NCBI GenBank assembly: GCA_965227295.1
Contig: OZ245742.1
Location: forward strand, 1,664,001 to 1,728,000
Direction: 5' to 3'
Source: Leptonemataceae bacterium
GTDB lineage: Bacteria; Spirochaetota; Leptospiria; Leptospirales; Leptonemataceae
DNA: 64,000 nt
Under the pieces are notes generated by a model. The model saw nothing but the letters and a program-made list of their open reading frames with translations, had not been told where the DNA came from and did not search any database. A program made the translations under genes and the position numbers. Positions 19,881 to 29,846 of this stretch are shown in pieces (position 1 is the first letter of the stretch; every line of letters begins with the position of its first letter).

Positions 19881-20993
19881 GTGTCCGTCGGAGTTCCCCG
19901 GGAAATCAAGAACAACGAGTTCCGCGTGGGACTCACGCCGCCGGGCGTCCAGGAACTCTGCCGAAGGGGCATTCCGGTGCGAGTGCAGGCCGGGGCCGGC
20001 GAGGGCAGCGCTTACAGAGATCGTGAGTACGAGGCGGCCGGTGCCAGGATTGTCGCCGACGCGCAGGACCTCTACGCCGACAGCAAGCTCATCGTTAAGG
20101 TGAAAGAACCCTTAGAGTCTGAATACGCGCTCATCGGTTCACAGCACACCGTCTTTACGTTCTTTCATTTTTCTTCGAGCGAAACTTTAACTCGCGCAAT
20201 GTTAAGCAGCGGGGCCACTTGCATCGCCTACGAAACCGTGGAGCGTGACGACGGCTCACTTCCGTTGCTCGTGCCCATGTCCGAGATCGCCGGACGCATG
20301 GCCGTGCATGCCGGCGCGCATTATCTCGAAAAACCCCGCGGGGGCCCGGGCATTCTGCCCGGGGGCGTTCCCGGCGTGGCCCCGGCGAAGACGTTGATCA
20401 TCGGCGGCGGCGTGGTGGGGACCCAGGCCGCGAAGGTCGCCGCGGGTCTCGGCATGCACGTCAGTGTGCTGGACGTGGACCTGGATCGATTGCGTTATCT
20501 GGCCGACATCCTGCCGCCGAACGTGAGCGTACTCATCTCGAACGATCATAACATTCGCAGCCTCGTCCGCGATCATCATTTAATCATCGGCGCGGTGTTG
20601 ATTCACGGCGCCCGGGCCCCGCACCTGATCCATCGTGAAATGCTCGGTACGATGATGCCCGGCACGGTCATTGTCGATGTGGACGTGGACCAGGGCGGTT
20701 GCGTGGAAACGTCCCGGCCGACAAACCATGAGGATCCGGCCTTCGTGATCGACGGCGTGCTGCACTACTGCGTGGCTAACATGCCGGGAGCGGTGCCGCG
20801 GACCTCGACGGAGGCGCTGGTGAACGCGACCCTGCCGTACGTCTTGAATCTCGCGGAGCGCGGCTGGCAGGAATCGTGCCGCGGGGACGCGAGTCTGCGG
20901 CGGGGCGTAAACATCATTCAGGGTGAAGTTACCTGCGGGCCGGTGGCGGATACGTTCGGACTCGCTTATCGCGACATCGAGGACATGCTGTGA
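19881..20993 (+). CDS. ald: Alanine dehydrogenase
   Basis: VGVPREIKNNEFRVGLTP, KVKEP, PMSEIAG, IIGGGVVG, DQGGC, HYCVANMPGAVPRTST. Confidence 0.96.
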   Translation: MSVGVPREIKNNEFRVGLTPPGVQELCRRGIPVRVQAGAGEGSAYRDREYEAAGARIVADAQDLYADSKLIVKVKEPLESEYALIGSQHTVFTFFHFSSSETLTRAMLSSGATCIAYETVERDDGSLPLLVPMSEIAGRMAVHAGAHYLEKPRGGPGILPGGVPGVAPAKTLIIGGGVVGTQAAKVAAGLGMHVSVLDVDLDRLRYLADILPPNVSVLISNDHNIRSLVRDHHLIIGAVLIHGARAPHLIHREMLGTMMPGTVIVDVDVDQGGCVETSRPTNHEDPAFVIDGVLHYCVANMPGAVPRTSTEALVNATLPYVLNLAERGWQESCRGDASLRRGVNIIQGEVTCGPVADTFGLAYRDIEDML

Positions 20994-21613
20994 AGATCGT
21001 CTGTATCTCGGATACGCACAATCAACACGATCGCCTTACGGTGCCCGACGGCGACGTTCTGATTCACGCCGGCGACTTCAGCATGGTCGGTGAACGCGAC
21101 GATCTTCTGGAATTCAACCGCTGGTTGGGCACGCTGCCGCACAAACACAAGGTCATCGTGGCGGGGAACCACGACTTCATCCTCGAGCGCCAGTGGGACG
21201 CTTACAAACTATTTACGAACGCAACTTATTTGCAAGATACCGGCACGGAAGTCGACGGCGTGCGTTTCTGGGGCTCGCCCATCACGCCGTACCCGCACAC
21301 CGGCTGGGCCTTCACGCGCAAGCCCGGCGATGAAATCCGTCCGCACTGGAACCGGATTCCCGAGGAAACCGACGTGTTGATCACCCATGGTCCCCCGTTT
21401 AAGGTTCTGGATTACTGCGTCCGCGACGTGCACGCCGGCTGTCGTTTGCTGCGCACGACGGTGATGCAACGCGTGCGGCCGAAGTTTCACGTGTTCGGTC
21501 ACATTCACGAGGGTTACGGCAAAGTAGAATTCGGCGGCGTGACCTACGTGAACGCGTGTTCGTTGGATGTGCGTTATCAGGTCGCGAACGATGCGATTGT
21601 GGTGGAGATTTAG
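20990..21613 (+). CDS. Calcineurin-like metallophosphoesterase (MPPED/239FB-like)
   Basis: ISDTH, HAGDF, AGNHD, THGPP, FGHIHE; start overlaps the ald stop. Confidence 0.92.
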   Translation: MKIVCISDTHNQHDRLTVPDGDVLIHAGDFSMVGERDDLLEFNRWLGTLPHKHKVIVAGNHDFILERQWDAYKLFTNATYLQDTGTEVDGVRFWGSPITPYPHTGWAFTRKPGDEIRPHWNRIPEETDVLITHGPPFKVLDYCVRDVHAGCRLLRTTVMQRVRPKFHVFGHIHEGYGKVEFGGVTYVNACSLDVRYQVANDAIVVEI

Positions 21614-21671
21614 GGGTGGCCAGCATCAATTTTTAATTGCCTGTTGTGCGGTCCTCATTCGGAATCGGAGG

Positions 21672-22991
21672 ATGTCCTCGATCTGGAAGACTCTCAGGCA
21701 TCCGATTACGTGGCAGTGGATGACGGGTGGTCTGTCATTCTTCTTTGCATATATAATCCTTGTGTTGATGAACCCCGAAGTGCTTTCGGGTCTTGCTGCT
21801 CATGGTGCACTGCTGTATTGCTTGTTTATGTTTGTTCTTATTCCCGGTGTGAACTTCTTCTATATAACCGGACGCTGGACGATGGAGCGCTGGCGTCGAG
21901 TCGGGTACTACGTTGTAATCCTGCCGAGCGCGATCTTTCTTAGCTACTGTGCAGTAAATACCAGCGGATATGCATTCGTGGCGATAAGCATCTTATATGG
22001 ATCGCAGATGGTTGCAATGGGATTTTTGCTGCGGCACCAATACTATACTGTTGCTGTGGTGTTCCTTGTGTGCGCGACAGCATTCATTTTTTTGGGATTC
22101 GCTGCTCGGAGCATCGAACCAACACTATTCATGTGCGTTCTCTCTCTGATCGTGGTACAGATTACTTTCGCAATCGCTGAGACTTCAAATATTGTCCGGC
22201 GACAACGCTCAAGTATTCAGAGTATGCTTGCAGCAATACGAAAAGATCGCCGTAATGTAGCGGCGGAAAGGCAAAAATCGGACAAGTTATTGCTGAACAT
22301 TCTTCCTGAAAAGGTGGCCGCGGAATTGAAGGAGACCGGCCGTAGCCAGCCCGAGTATTTCGAATGTGCCTCCGTCCTTTTCACAGACTTTAAGGGATTT
22401 ACGGCAATCGCAGAGGTCATGAGCCCAGGCGAACTGGTCTCTGAGCTAGATTACTGTTTCTCTTTTTTCGATTCAGTTACTGAGCGCTATCGATTGGAGA
22501 AGCTTAAGACTATCGGTGATAGCTACATGGCGGCTGGTGGGTTGCCGATCAGAAACTTAACACATGCTGCCGATTGCGTGCTGGCGGCACTGGAAGTCCA
22601 ACGATTTATGATGCAAATTCAAAACATCAAAAAGGAGGCCGGTCTACCATATTGGGAGCTTCGCCTTGGAATTCACTCCGGCCCGGTGGTGGCCGGCGTG
22701 ATTGGCGAAAAGAAATTCGCATACGATGTATGGGGTGATACTGTGAATATGGCTTCTCGCTGTGAATCATCTGGTGAACCCGGAAAAATTAATATTTCTG
22801 AGAGCACTTATAATCTCGTAAGTGAGTATTTTCAGTGCGAAAATCGCGGTAAGGTGTCGGCAAAGAACAAGGGCGAGGTCTCTATGTATTTTGTTACCGG
22901 GCTACACGCTGAATACTCCGTCGATGAAGATGGGGTTACGCCAAATGATCGATTTCATGAATGCTATGCTTCCCTCGCGAGAAAACCTTGA
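21672..22991 (+). CDS. Membrane-bound class III adenylate cyclase
   Basis: About 6 TM; LLNILP, LFTDFKGFT, EKLKTIGDSYM, AYDVWGDTVNMASR. Confidence 0.93.
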   Translation: MSSIWKTLRHPITWQWMTGGLSFFFAYIILVLMNPEVLSGLAAHGALLYCLFMFVLIPGVNFFYITGRWTMERWRRVGYYVVILPSAIFLSYCAVNTSGYAFVAISILYGSQMVAMGFLLRHQYYTVAVVFLVCATAFIFLGFAARSIEPTLFMCVLSLIVVQITFAIAETSNIVRRQRSSIQSMLAAIRKDRRNVAAERQKSDKLLLNILPEKVAAELKETGRSQPEYFECASVLFTDFKGFTAIAEVMSPGELVSELDYCFSFFDSVTERYRLEKLKTIGDSYMAAGGLPIRNLTHAADCVLAALEVQRFMMQIQNIKKEAGLPYWELRLGIHSGPVVAGVIGEKKFAYDVWGDTVNMASRCESSGEPGKINISESTYNLVSEYFQCENRGKVSAKNKGEVSMYFVTGLHAEYSVDEDGVTPNDRFHECYASLARKP

Positions 22992-23158
22992 GAACGAAGA
23001 ATGGTGGGTCGGAACCGGGCACGAGGGCCGGCTTCCCAGGGGCCCTCGTCGTTGCGGGCCTCCGCTGCGTTCCAGACTCGCGATTCTCGGATCCTATCAC
23101 TAGAAGAATCGTGTAAAAACCACTGGCCGTCTCTCTTGGAACGTGTCACCCTTTCCCC

Positions 23159-23584
23159 ATGCACCATTCCTCCTTCCCCGCGCTTACCCATCTGGCCATG
23201 CACGTCCAGGACATCGAAGCGTGCATCGACTTCTACGCGCGCTACTGCAACATGAGTATCGTTCACGACCGACGGAGCGATGAAAAAGGCCAGCGTATCG
23301 TCTGGCTTTCGGAACCGGGGCGGGAAAAAGAAATGATCTTCGTCATCATGAACGGCGGACACCTCACCGAGCAGCCGACGAACAACTATGCGCACATCGG
23401 TTTCGCCCTGGAGAGCCGGGAGGCCGTGGATCGCGTTGCCGAACTGGCCCGCGCGGACGGCCGCCTGACCTGGCCGGCCGTGGATGAACCGTATCCGGTC
23501 GGCTATTACTGCGGCGTTACCGATCCCAACGGAACCGTGGTGGAATTTAGCTACGGCCAGCCCCTGGGACCGGGCGCGGAATAA
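23159..23584 (+). CDS. VOC/glyoxalase family protein
   Basis: LTHLAMHV...FY, HIGFA, DPNGTVVEFSYGQ. Confidence 0.9.
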   Translation: MHHSSFPALTHLAMHVQDIEACIDFYARYCNMSIVHDRRSDEKGQRIVWLSEPGREKEMIFVIMNGGHLTEQPTNNYAHIGFALESREAVDRVAELARADGRLTWPAVDEPYPVGYYCGVTDPNGTVVEFSYGQPLGPGAE

Positions 23585-23893
23585 GCACCGATCAGGATGC
23601 TGCTAACATTATCCTGACGAAACTTAGGCGCCGGCCGCGGCGAAATCGCTGATTCTGCGGCCGGCGGTCGTGTTTTCCCGGTTACCGCCGGGTCCGCAAT
23701 TTTTCCGCGCGGTCGCGGCCCTGTGCTTAAAATATAGTTTCCGGAATAGCCACATGTCATTACGGTGACTCCTATGGGCTACGAGTTTCGCCCTCGGGTT
23801 ACCGCCGCTTGCGAGGACCCGACCGGTGTGTCCGCATCTTCTCGTTCCGAAGACTCTCAATCTTCATCCGCCTCTATCGAATCATCCGAAAAC

Positions 23894-25351
23894 ATGAAAC
23901 CGCGCGAGGAGTGCGGCGTCTACGGTATCTTCGGTTGTTCGTCTGCGGCGAACTTTACCTATCTCGGCCTCTATTCATTGCAGCATCGCGGTCAGGAATC
24001 CGCGGGAATCGTCGCCACGAACGGCGAACGTCTTTACCGTTACGCCGGCATGGGGCAGGTCTCCCAGGTCTTTAACAAAGAAAAGTTAAAGGAACTCGTG
24101 GGCCACGCCGCCATCGGGCACAACCGCTACTCCACCACCGGCGCCTCGTTCCTGCGCAACGCTCAGCCCATTCGAGTGGAGTCGAATCTCGGCAGCTTTT
24201 CTCTGGCGCACAACGGCAACCTGGTCAACTCCTGGACGCTGCGGCGGGAACTGGAAAGCAGCGGCTCCATCTTTCAAACGACCATCGACTCCGAGGTCAT
24301 CGTGCATCTCATGTCCCGCAGCGGCAAAGAGCACGATTTTCTCGAAGCGCTCTGTTCCGCGTTGCGCCAGGTTCAGGGCGCTTACAGTTTGCTCGTTCTT
24401 ACGAAGGATGCCCTCTATGCCGTGCGAGATCCCAACGGCTTTCGCCCGCTGGTCCTGGGCAGACGCGAAGACGGTTCGTACGTCGTCGCCTCCGAAACCT
24501 GCGCCTTCGACATTACCGAAGCCGAGTACATTCGCGACGTGAAGCCCGGTGAACTCGTGCGCATCGACAGTCGCGGCGTGCATTCGTACTTTCCGTTTCC
24601 GCCGGCGAAAGAAGCGCTTTGTATTTTCGAAAACATTTATTTCTCCCGGCCGGACTCGGTAATCTTCGGTCGTTCGGTGTTTGAAGTCCGCAAGAACCTC
24701 GGTCGGTACCTTGCGAAGGAATGCCCGGTCGAAGCCGACGTGGTCGTGCCCGTGCCCGACTCTTCCACCGTCGCGGCCCTGGGCTACTCCGAGGAAAGCG
24801 GCATCCCGTACACCATGGGTCTCATTCGTTCCCACTACATCGGGCGGACGTTCATTGAACCCGAGCAGAAGATTCGCGACTTCGGCGCCAAGCTGAAGTA
24901 CAACGTCATCGCTTCGGCGGTGAAGGGGAAACGAGTCGTGCTGGTGGATGATTCCATCATGCGCGGCACGACTTCGCGCAAGCTGATCAAAATGTTCCGC
25001 AAGGCCGGCGCGAAAGAGATCCACATGCGCATCAGCGCGCCGCCGACCATGTTCCCGTGCTACTACGGCATCGACATTCCCACGCGCCAGGAACTCATCG
25101 CGGCGACGCACTCCGTGGACGAGATCATCAAGTACCTCAAGGTCGACTCCCTGGGCTACATGTCCCTGGAAGCCACCGAGGCGGCCATGAACGAGGCGTT
25201 GCAGACGGCGCCGGAGCACAACGGCAACGGTCGGAAGCGGGGCTGGTGCATGGCGTGTTTTTCGGGCAAGTATCCGCTGAACCTGCACGAGGACGTCGAC
25301 GGAAATCAGAAGGACCTGTTTCCCGAGTACCTGGTCGAAGAGATCGGCTGA
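23894..25351 (+). CDS. purF: Amidophosphoribosyltransferase; start could be further upstream
   Basis: EECGVYG, LQHRGQESAG, HNRYST, HNGNL, VLVDDSIMRGTT, CYYGID, CMACFSG. Confidence 0.97.
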   Translation: MKPREECGVYGIFGCSSAANFTYLGLYSLQHRGQESAGIVATNGERLYRYAGMGQVSQVFNKEKLKELVGHAAIGHNRYSTTGASFLRNAQPIRVESNLGSFSLAHNGNLVNSWTLRRELESSGSIFQTTIDSEVIVHLMSRSGKEHDFLEALCSALRQVQGAYSLLVLTKDALYAVRDPNGFRPLVLGRREDGSYVVASETCAFDITEAEYIRDVKPGELVRIDSRGVHSYFPFPPAKEALCIFENIYFSRPDSVIFGRSVFEVRKNLGRYLAKECPVEADVVVPVPDSSTVAALGYSEESGIPYTMGLIRSHYIGRTFIEPEQKIRDFGAKLKYNVIASAVKGKRVVLVDDSIMRGTTSRKLIKMFRKAGAKEIHMRISAPPTMFPCYYGIDIPTRQELIAATHSVDEIIKYLKVDSLGYMSLEATEAAMNEALQTAPEHNGNGRKRGWCMACFSGKYPLNLHEDVDGNQKDLFPEYLVEEIG

Positions 25352-25382
25352 TCTTCCGGCCTCCAGTCAACGAAAGTGTACC

Positions 25383-27263
25383 TTACCAATCGCGTGCGCC
25401 GTCGCTGTGCACGCTGTATGCCGGCCACACCGCGTCCCGGCGGTCCTCTCGCCGGAGCCACAGCCCCGCCGCCTCCGGTTTCAGGGCGATGATCTTATAG
25501 TCCTGTCCGTTACTCTTATACGCGTACTGCTGTTCGCAGGCAGTGCTGTCCCGCGGATCCCGGGGCAGAGCAGCGATGAATTCCGGCGCGAGCCCGGGGA
25601 TCCAGTCCTCCCGGGACGGGCCGGCACAGTTCCGGCGCGCGAACCAGGCCCCGTCCGTTTGCGGATACGCGCCGTGCCTGCGACGAAAGGTTTCCAGGGC
25701 GGCGGCCAGGGCTTCGAGATCCTTAAGGCGTTGCCGGTCCCGCCGGGCGTAGGGATCGGCGGCGAACGCGGCCTCGCGAAAGAAACGATCGCCGCCGGTT
25801 TCCAGGAAGAATCCCAGGGGAGTGTTTAACATTCGCACATCTTCAGTTAGTGTGATGCTGTCGCGTAGCGCCGTGGTCACGCCGGAGTAGTACAACAGGT
25901 TCGCGGCCTGCGGCTGCGCCAGGTACGTCTCCACATCGACGATTTCACAGCTGCGGGTGCGGAGCATGAGGCAGACCAGGCGGGTATCGAAATCGCTGAC
26001 GATACGCGGCCGCGGCGCCTCGGGCAATCGCACGGACGGTTCTTCCAGGAAACGCATCGTTGCGATCACTGATCGTTCCGGCGGTGTTCGGCGGACGTCG
26101 TCAACGAGATGGGCGATGGCAGTCAGCAGCAACACGGTCGTGAGCACGAGTTGCTGCCCGCGGTTTACGGAACGTAAAATCAACGCGAGACCCAGCACCA
26201 ACCAGGGAAGCAAACCCGCGAAGAAGACGTCCCGCGGATAGAGCAAGAGGACGCTCGCGACGTGAACGAGGGGAATGAGCAGCGGCACGGTTCCGCGGAA
26301 TGTGGGTCGCAGTCCGCCCGTGGTGAGACGTACGAGGAGCGTGATGCAACCGGCGAGGGTCAGGAGGACGGCGGCCGTCGCCGGCAGGGTCTTTTGCCAT
26401 TTTAAAAAGTCGCGCGCCTCGTTGAAAAAGGCCGGCACGTTTCCGAGGACGTGCTGCATCACCAGCGCCGGGCGTTCGCGTAGCGCGGCGACCGGTGAGA
26501 CCAGGGGTTCGCCGAAGTGTTCGCGGACGTAGGGTTCGTACTCCCCGGGCGGGCCGGGGCGATTCTGCCGTTCGTGTTCGGCAATCCAGAGATGCTGGGA
26601 AAACGCGACGCGGCTTCGCGCCTGGTAGGCCGGGCCGGCATAGTACACGGCTCCGGCGATGACCGCCGCCAGCACGGCTGTGACGATGAGGTGCGTGCGA
26701 TCCTGGCGCGCGGCGCGCAGGCTTTCTACGATGAGGTACATGCCGTAGAGGACCAGCGGCAGCAAGAGATCCAGGCGCAGGAAGATGGCGGCGAGCAGGA
26801 GAACGAAGACAGTGTAACGTACGGCCGATCGTTCGCTATGGCCGTACGCCAGGATCATGGCGTAGGCGAGGAACTGCGGAATGTAGTGTGACTCGCGGGA
26901 ATAGAATAGAAGGAACGGCACAACGAAGGCGCTGACGGCGAAGGCGATGGGAGCGGAGGCGTAACGGCGTGCGAGGACATACGCCGCAACCGTGGCGAGG
27001 CCGGTCCAGAAGAAGGCCTGGAAATAAAAGGCATCCACCGTCGATGTCGCCCACCCGTCCAGAAGGGCAAGGGATGCAGTGTAGAGCGGGTAATGGGCCA
27101 GATCGGCTTCGCCGTGGCGCGCGAGGAAGGCGTAGGCGATGTAGTCGGATGCGGGGTACTGCCAGTGGCGCAGCGCTCCGGCGAACTGCGCGCCGAAGGC
27201 TCCGACGAGAGTCAGCAAAAACCAGAAGCGTTCGGAACTTCGAGGGAGACTGCCGGCGTTCAA
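25383..27263 (-). CDS. Multi-TM (GT-C/ArnT-like) membrane protein fused to a C-terminal GspG/pilin-like domain
   Basis: About 11 TM with N-terminal D-x-x-x-Y and YP-L-Y; C-terminus RDRQRLKDL...ALETFRRRHGAYP...LPRDP...YAYKSNGQDYKI. Confidence 0.6.
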   Translation of the reverse strand: MNAGSLPRSSERFWFLLTLVGAFGAQFAGALRHWQYPASDYIAYAFLARHGEADLAHYPLYTASLALLDGWATSTVDAFYFQAFFWTGLATVAAYVLARRYASAPIAFAVSAFVVPFLLFYSRESHYIPQFLAYAMILAYGHSERSAVRYTVFVLLLAAIFLRLDLLLPLVLYGMYLIVESLRAARQDRTHLIVTAVLAAVIAGAVYYAGPAYQARSRVAFSQHLWIAEHERQNRPGPPGEYEPYVREHFGEPLVSPVAALRERPALVMQHVLGNVPAFFNEARDFLKWQKTLPATAAVLLTLAGCITLLVRLTTGGLRPTFRGTVPLLIPLVHVASVLLLYPRDVFFAGLLPWLVLGLALILRSVNRGQQLVLTTVLLLTAIAHLVDDVRRTPPERSVIATMRFLEEPSVRLPEAPRPRIVSDFDTRLVCLMLRTRSCEIVDVETYLAQPQAANLLYYSGVTTALRDSITLTEDVRMLNTPLGFFLETGGDRFFREAAFAADPYARRDRQRLKDLEALAAALETFRRRHGAYPQTDGAWFARRNCAGPSREDWIPGLAPEFIAALPRDPRDSTACEQQYAYKSNGQDYKIIALKPEAAGLWLRREDRRDAVWPAYSVHSDGARDW

Positions 27264-27835
27264 GCGTACTCGTGGTGAAGCTGTGGATAGAAGCGGAACA
27301 TGTACTCGCGGTAGTCGTCGTAGGCGTCGATGACCGCGTCCACCGAGGACATGAGCTTTAACATGCCGCGCATGAAGGCGTGGGCGTCCAGGTCAATGCG
27401 CGGTAGATCGAAGCGGTGGAGATCTTCGTCGAGGTCGAAGCGCCGTGTGGCACGCACCGAGGCATCGGCCAGACGGCGGCGAAAGATGCCGTGCATGGCC
27501 CGCTGAAAGACACGGCGAGAGGCCGTGCGAAACTCCGGCGGGTTGGTGTGCATGGGATGGACTTCGCGGAGGAACCTCGCCGCGTGTTGCAGAAAGAACT
27601 CGACGTCGTGCTCCAGGCGTTCCTGCTCTTCCAGGGAGTACGTGTTTAAGTAGAAATACAAGAGCGTAATGCGCGCCGCCCGGACTTCGCCGACCCGGCC
27701 GCTGGCCTCGCGATAGAACTCCGAATCCAGTCCGGTTTCGATGAAGACCGTCCAGCCTTCCATGCTGGCCTGTACGATTTCCTGAATTTGTTCGTTGCTG
27801 CTTGTGCCTGAGTCCGGCTCTGTTTGCGTCTCCAT
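27260..27835 (-). CDS. Hypothetical protein
   Basis: ATG 27835, host-like codon usage, 4-bp overlap with the downstream gene. Confidence 0.7.
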   Translation of the reverse strand: METQTEPDSGTSSNEQIQEIVQASMEGWTVFIETGLDSEFYREASGRVGEVRAARITLLYFYLNTYSLEEQERLEHDVEFFLQHAARFLREVHPMHTNPPEFRTASRRVFQRAMHGIFRRRLADASVRATRRFDLDEDLHRFDLPRIDLDAHAFMRGMLKLMSSVDAVIDAYDDYREYMFRFYPQLHHEYA

Positions 27836-28019
27836 GAGTCTCTCGCCCCCGAGACCCCGAAGCATAGCGCATATGACGATGGGTTGCAACCAGGAAATCG
27901 GCGCGAAAGCGAATTCTTGAATCTTTTTTATAAGTCTTTCACGGTCCTGGAATATTTGCAAGGCGAGCGTCACTATCTCGTGCGCCGTGACAATGCGGTG
28001 CACATGTAACGAAAGCGGA

Positions 28020-28790
28020 CTACTTGCGCGCAATGATCGATGTAAAGCCGTGAGTGGTTTGATCGTGTGCGACGGTGAAGCCCGCCCGCGTGAGTTCTTC
28101 GAGTACGAAGCTTCGCCCCAGGCGCAGCTTGCGGTAACAGTTCTTCTTGAGTTGCCAGGATTGATCCTCGCTCTCCCGTACGTAGATGAGGTCGTGGACG
28201 CGCACGTGTTCCGTTTCGTACTCAAGGAAGCAGGTGAAGACCCGGAGCGCATCGCTCTGTACGGGAAGGAAGCGATCCAGGCCGGTGAGTTCTCCGCTGA
28301 GATCGCGGAAGCCGAGGACCAGTCGGCCGCCGGGGGCAAGTCCGGCATGGGCGTTCGTGAACAACTGCCGCACGTCGGCGAAGCTCTGGAGATGGGTGAG
28401 TGTGTCCCCCATGCATACGACCAGTTCCGCCGTCTGGTCGTGCAGGTGTGCGGGGAAGTTTCGCAGGTCGTCTTCGATGGTGCGGATGCGGGACGGTTCC
28501 ACCGCTTCTGCCGCGGCGTTCTGCCGGAGTTCGGCGAGCAGGTGGGTGCTCAGGTCCAGGGCGAGGACCTGGTAATCGTCCCGGGCCAGGGGAATGGCCT
28601 GAAAACCGGAACCGGCGCCGAGGTCCACGGCCAGTGCGCCGGGCGACGGGGCGGGTACGAGTCCGTGCTCGTGAAAGAATGCTTCGTTCTCGGCGAGTTT
28701 TTTCGCGAGCCCGCCGTAGAGCCAGGTATAATGTTCGGCGAGCAGAGTTTCGTAGTGATGTTTGACCGCGTCCGTTCCTGTCTCCTGCAT
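28020..28790 (-). CDS. Class I SAM-dependent methyltransferase
   Basis: AVDLGAGSG, LALD, VCMGDTLTHL, LAPGG. Confidence 0.9.
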   Translation of the reverse strand: MQETGTDAVKHHYETLLAEHYTWLYGGLAKKLAENEAFFHEHGLVPAPSPGALAVDLGAGSGFQAIPLARDDYQVLALDLSTHLLAELRQNAAAEAVEPSRIRTIEDDLRNFPAHLHDQTAELVVCMGDTLTHLQSFADVRQLFTNAHAGLAPGGRLVLGFRDLSGELTGLDRFLPVQSDALRVFTCFLEYETEHVRVHDLIYVRESEDQSWQLKKNCYRKLRLGRSFVLEELTRAGFTVAHDQTTHGFTSIIARK

Positions 28791-28898
28791 GGAGTACGCT
28801 CTGGCCGGCGGCCGTTCGGGCGGCAAGCTGTACTTCGGAGCACTGCGTTCCGGCGGTTCCCGCGCCGATAATAAACCACAGCGCTGCCTTACGATCCC

Positions 28899-29822
28899 AT
28901 GACCGAAGTCGACATTCAAAACATGGTCAAGGTCCCCGTCGCCGTGGCGGAGGACCTCGTGAAGATCATCCGCCTGCTGGCCATGACCGGCAAGAAGGTC
29001 TTCCTGAACCACCTCTACGAGCCGTTGGACTTCGGGAACTGGAAGCGCCGGGCGAGCAACGAAACGCCGCGTAAGCTCATGGAGCGCATGGACCGCGCGC
29101 TCGAGGATGCCTCGGCGGTGCACACCATCGGTCCCCTGGGGAAACGCCTCATCTCCTCCGCCATGAACGAGTCCCTCTCCGCCCTGGGCGACTCGTGCAT
29201 CTTCTTTTTAGAAAAGATGCAACAGCACAGTAAGATCTCCGGCTCCCGGGAGGCCGTGGAGTTCGTGCGCCTGGTCCACGATCCGTTGATGGACTTTCAC
29301 GCCATGCACCGGGAGCGCAGCGAGAAGATCTTCGAAGAAGGTCTGCGCGACATTTCCGTGGACGATCTCAAAGAGGCCTTCCAGCCCGTGGACCTGGACC
29401 GCTATCGTATGAAGGTGGAGCTCCAGCGCGAGGCCCTGAATCTGATTCAGAAGATTACGGTGGCCAATCGCAACGACGACGTGGCTCGCTGTCGCAAACT
29501 CATCGCCGCGTATTTGATTAAGTACGGCGATACCGAGAACAACAACCGCGACCAGGTGGAAAAGATCATCCACGCCTTTCAGCAACGCGACGCCTCGTTT
29601 CGTTCGTCGCTGGAAGATCACATTGCCACGCAGTTATTCTACGACATTCAGAAGAGCATCTCCCAGGGCGACCTGAAACGTACGATCATGGGAATTCGCA
29701 AGTATGCGCACATTTTCGAGGGCAATCCGGACATCCGCTACTACACGGACATCGACGCCCTGGAACAGAAGTTGTACAAAATCATTACTGCTAAGGATTT
29801 GTGGAAGGAACTTAAGAAGTGA
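28899..29822 (+). CDS. Hypothetical helical protein
   Basis: 307-aa ORF with strongly host-like codon usage; no motif recognised. Confidence 0.8.
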   Translation: MTEVDIQNMVKVPVAVAEDLVKIIRLLAMTGKKVFLNHLYEPLDFGNWKRRASNETPRKLMERMDRALEDASAVHTIGPLGKRLISSAMNESLSALGDSCIFFLEKMQQHSKISGSREAVEFVRLVHDPLMDFHAMHRERSEKIFEEGLRDISVDDLKEAFQPVDLDRYRMKVELQREALNLIQKITVANRNDDVARCRKLIAAYLIKYGDTENNNRDQVEKIIHAFQQRDASFRSSLEDHIATQLFYDIQKSISQGDLKRTIMGIRKYAHIFEGNPDIRYYTDIDALEQKLYKIITAKDLWKELKK

Positions 29823-29846
29823 TGTTCACTCGGGGCGTGTGCGAAC

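Noticed and set aside
24086-25288. 400-aa minus-strand ORF
   Set aside because: Antisense shadow of purF
27836-28019. Possible riboswitch or ncRNA in this intergenic gap
   Set aside because: No recognisable conserved aptamer motif; an Rfam/Infernal search would be needed
28020-28790. Methyltransferase as cognate modification enzyme for the nuclease at 34561
   Set aside because: Small-molecule class I MTase pattern without DPPY/NPPY or PC motifs, and about 6 kb away
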